From assembly GCA_963729625.1 (NCBI GenBank), contig CAVSOU010000010.1:960001-1024000 (forward strand): a stretch of 64,000 nucleotides of DNA, in the 5' to 3' direction. The position numbers and the translations under genes are program-made. Under the pieces are notes generated by a model. It saw only the letters and a list, made by a program, of their open reading frames with translations. It was not told the origin of the DNA and did no database searches. Shown here piece after piece: positions 60,938 through 64,000 of this stretch (position 1 is the stretch's first letter; each line of letters opens with the position of its first letter). Origin of the DNA: an uncultured bacterium. GTDB lineage: Bacteria; Chloroflexota; UBA5177; JANWHV01.

Positions 60938-61515
60938 GCCGCGATCTCCTTTGTCTCTGCGCCCGTCACGGCGTCGAAGGCCGCGGTAGCAGCGGCGATG
61001 TTCAGCTCAGCCACTCTGCCGGTAAATCGCTCGCGCAGCGCGGCGCAGACAGACTCCAGGCCGATGACGTCGGTCATCGCCGCGAATGCTCCGAGCAGCG
61101 TCGCGTTTGGAATTGGCCGGCCGGTCAACGCCAGCGCCAGCTCAGTGGCCGCCACAGTCCTCACGTGACCCGCCGGAAACCCCGCCACGAACGCGTCGAT
61201 GCCGAGGGCCGCGTAGCTCCTGGAGGAGTTGATCAGCAGGTAACCGTCGCTGGATATGCCCTGCAGCACGTCGACCGAGCTGAACAACGTCGGATCTTGT
61301 ATGACCAGTGCGTCCGGCTGCATCACCGGTTCTCTGGTCCGGATCGGCCTATCGTCTATGCGGCAGAACGCGACCACCGGAGCGCCCATGCGCTCGGACC
61401 CGAAGCTAGGGAAGGCTTGAGCGTACTTGCCTTCCATGAATGCGGCGATTGAGAGGAGCTCGGCGGCCGTCACGACGCCCTGTCCGCCTCTTCCGTGCAC
61501 TCGAATCTGAAACAT
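60931..61515 (-). CDS. porC: 2-oxoacid (pyruvate):ferredoxin oxidoreductase gamma subunit
   Basis: IRVHGRGGQGVVT, FPSFGSERMGAPV, PNATLLGA. Confidence 0.93.
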   Translation of the reverse strand: MFQIRVHGRGGQGVVTAAELLSIAAFMEGKYAQAFPSFGSERMGAPVVAFCRIDDRPIRTREPVMQPDALVIQDPTLFSSVDVLQGISSDGYLLINSSRSYAALGIDAFVAGFPAGHVRTVAATELALALTGRPIPNATLLGAFAAMTDVIGLESVCAALRERFTGRVAELNIAAATAAFDAVTGAETKEIAAC

Positions 61516-61711
61516 TGCATCCCCTTTGGCGCTGAGCGATCCGGGCCTGCGGGCAGGGCTCGCGCGGGGCCCGCAACTTGAGTTCCTGCGTATCAGTCAC
61601 TTGTAATGATCGTGACAGCCGTGGAGCCTAGCAAGTGCCGCATGGCCCGGCGTTTAAGGCCGACCCGCAGGCTGCACTCAACCTCGGGGCGGCGAACGGC
61701 AATCATTCGTT

Positions 61712-62770
61712 TCAGACCTGCGGACTATTGCCGCGGAGCTCGCGCCAGGCGGACGTGCCCACGGCCTGCAACAAACCCGCCAAGGGTGCGGCAAAAAGCG
61801 CGCCCCAGATGCCAAACAGCTCGCTTCCCGCCACGAGTGCGATCAGTGCGGTTGCCGGGTGGATGCCCACGGCCTTTCCCATCACGCGCGGGCCGACCAC
61901 GTCGCCCTCGATGACGTGCACAACGGCGAAGTAGGCGAGCACGACGAGCGCAAGGACCCATCCCTGGAACAAGGCGATCAGAACGCACACGGCGCCGGAC
62001 ACCAGCACCCCGATGATCGGGATGAACTCCATGAAGAAGGCCAGGACACCCAGCAGGATAGCGTACGGGACGTGCAGGATCAGCATTCCGCCGGCAACCA
62101 ACACCCCAATGAGCAGCGCCATCGTCAGCGTGCCCCGAATATATCCGCCCACGACCTGGTTCACGATGCCGAGGAGCATGGTTGTACGCCATCGCTGGGC
62201 GCCTGGCGTCTCGCGGCGCAGCCGTTGCGCGATCTTTGGGCCGTTGGCGGTGAGATAGACGCTGAGGATCAGAATCAGAATCAGGTCGATGACGGTGCTG
62301 ACGATCCCCGAGACTATGTCCAGAGATTGCGTTGCGGCTGTCGTGCCGGCGCCCTGAATATAGCTGGTCGCTTGCTGCTGGGCGTGGTCGAGCTTGGCCT
62401 GCGTGACCCCGAACGGCTTGAGCGCGGCGATCAGCTGTGGCTCAAAGCGCTTGAGCTGAAGCTGATAGCGAGGGAGGTCGTGAACCAGGCTGGTGACCTG
62501 GTTTGCCGCAGTGTCCACGATGAGTGCGACCAGCCCGAGCAGCATAGCGAAGCCGAGCGCATAGGCCACGGCGATCGCGAGCGCTCGAGGCATCCAGCGT
62601 GAGAGCAGCGAGACGAGCGGCGTGAGGGCAAACGCCACGATGCCGCTCAGTAGCAACACCAGAATTGTCTTGGTGATATGGGCTAGGAGCCATACCCCAA
62701 CCACGAGGACGCCGAGCCAGGCCAGGATAATGAGAGGGAGATAGAGCGCTCGCTGCCAGGACGCGGGCAT
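61712..62770 (-). CDS. AI-2E family transporter (PerM-like)
   Basis: AFALTPLV, GGYIRG, EFIPIIG, IEGDVVGPRVMG, GIHP, GIWGALFAAP; start estimated at MPASWQ. Confidence 0.92.
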   Translation of the reverse strand: MPASWQRALYLPLIILAWLGVLVVGVWLLAHITKTILVLLLSGIVAFALTPLVSLLSRWMPRALAIAVAYALGFAMLLGLVALIVDTAANQVTSLVHDLPRYQLQLKRFEPQLIAALKPFGVTQAKLDHAQQQATSYIQGAGTTAATQSLDIVSGIVSTVIDLILILILSVYLTANGPKIAQRLRRETPGAQRWRTTMLLGIVNQVVGGYIRGTLTMALLIGVLVAGGMLILHVPYAILLGVLAFFMEFIPIIGVLVSGAVCVLIALFQGWVLALVVLAYFAVVHVIEGDVVGPRVMGKAVGIHPATALIALVAGSELFGIWGALFAAPLAGLLQAVGTSAWRELRGNSPQV

Positions 62771-63051
62771 CGGCAGGTCACCCCTTTCTTGCATTTCCGC
62801 CGACTCGTCTCTTGCCAAACAACGCGGTCTCGGAATCGGCAATACACGCTGCCCGCTCAGCATACCACGCGCTGTGCCGAGGGCCCGAAGTGCTACGGGC
62901 GCTTGCGCAACCACCCTTAGTCCGAAAACGAACTGACTTTGGCCATACGACCTGGAGCGTGTACGCTCACACATATATGCTGGCTCCAAGCCGCCACAGG
63001 CTCTCCTCCAGCAGTTATAGCTTCGCCATGGAAGCGCAAGGAGGTTGTACG

Positions 63052-64000
63052 ATGCCTCGCCAGCCCGGGTCGTCCGCCCGCACGTGCGCAATCAGTATGC
63101 TTCTCCTGTCGTTGCTCCTCGCCATTGCCCCTCAGACGTCGGCCGCTCCCAGCCGGCAGCCAGAGGCAGACTGGACTATGTACCACGCCAATCCAGCGCG
63201 CACCGGCTTCGTCGCCGGCACCCGAGACCCCGCGAGCCTCACGAGCCTGTGGACGTCTACGCTCGATGGGGCGGTCTACGCCGAGCCACTTGTGGTCGGC
63301 GGCAGTGTGCTGGTTGCGACGGAACATGATTCGATCTATGCGCTTGACGAGCGGAACGGGCACGTGCAGTGGAGGCTTACCGTCGGCACGCCGGTGCCGC
63401 AATCCGCGCTCCCGTGCGGCGATATCTTTCCCCTCGGTATCACCGGAACGCCGGTGTACGACCCGCGAACAGGATTGATCTTCGCCGTCGCCGAGACTAG
63501 CGGCCCCTCCCACGTATTGTTCGGAGTCGACGTGAAGACCGGACACGTCAGAGTGCGGCGCTCCGTCGATCCCTCTGGCACGGATCCTCGGCCCCTTCAG
63601 CAGCGTGGCGCCCTGGCACTCTCGGGGAATATGGTGTACGTCGCGTTCGGCGGCTTGACTGGCGACTGTGGCAACTATCACGGCATGGTGGTCGGATCGC
63701 GTACCGACGGATCGGGAGCATTGCTCCGCTACCAGGTGCCGACCCCGCGCGAGGGCGGTATTTGGGCCACCCCGGGGCCAGTCATCGACAGCCAGGGCAA
63801 CCTCTACGTCGCCGTCGGCAACGGCGCCGTCACGCAAGGGAACTGGGACTACAGCGATTCCGTACTGCGTCTGTCTTCCGCGCTCCATTTGGAGGATGCC
63901 TTTGCCCCTTCACAGTGGCAGAAGGATAACGCGTCAGATGCCGATTTGGGCTCCATGGGGCCGGTGCTCCTGCCCAATGGCTTGCTGTACGCCGACGGGA
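63052..64000 (+). CDS. Secreted PQQ-binding-like beta-propeller protein, partial (runs off window)
   Basis: ATG 63052 behind AAGGAGG; signal peptide, DWTMYHANPARTG, LDGAVYAEPLV, YALDERNG..W, QRGAL, DADLGS. Confidence 0.88.
   Translation, partial: MPRQPGSSARTCAISMLLLSLLLAIAPQTSAAPSRQPEADWTMYHANPARTGFVAGTRDPASLTSLWTSTLDGAVYAEPLVVGGSVLVATEHDSIYALDERNGHVQWRLTVGTPVPQSALPCGDIFPLGITGTPVYDPRTGLIFAVAETSGPSHVLFGVDVKTGHVRVRRSVDPSGTDPRPLQQRGALALSGNMVYVAFGGLTGDCGNYHGMVVGSRTDGSGALLRYQVPTPREGGIWATPGPVIDSQGNLYVAVGNGAVTQGNWDYSDSVLRLSSALHLEDAFAPSQWQKDNASDADLGSMGPVLLPNGLLYADG

Noticed and set aside
61601-61618. Rex/CRP-like palindrome upstream of porC (TTGTAATGATCGTGACAG)
   Set aside because: Too many mismatches to either consensus to support a call.

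Overview
High-GC bacterial chromosomal window, probably Chloroflexota (inferred from the transcriptional T-box, CIRCE-controlled groESL ending [11 protein letters not shown], and a DUF6788-type BTAD regulator). Housekeeping content: livG(partial)/livF, histidine phosphatase + HD-GYP, groES-groEL behind two variant CIRCE operators, pepF, a GGDEF/HD-GYP protein, T-box-regulated type-2 ileS with a non-canonical GVHH signature, a GT2/flippase glycan cluster, three large secreted Ig-like repeat proteins, an ECF sigma factor, a Kelch protein, a por (2-oxoacid oxidoreductase) operon, an AI-2E transporter and a partial PQQ-type beta-propeller gene. The best candidate for an undescribed system is 22.7-38.8 kb: a BTAD regulator divergent from nine co-oriented genes encoding a TIR-nSTAND1-TM-WD40 receptor, a small conserved protein, two PrsW-like proteins with degenerate catalytic motifs flanking an intact S53 protease, four zinc-ribbon single-pass membrane proteins and a SLOG-SLATT effector. 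Directly after it lies a MerR-PAS histidine kinase with a duplicated KaiC-like ATPase/receiver pair whose two ATPases differ at the KaiC phosphosite positions. Two clear single-base frameshifts (and a possible third) may be assembly errors. No rRNA, tRNA, CRISPR array or transposase was recognised. All domain calls are by-eye motif recognition, not database searches.
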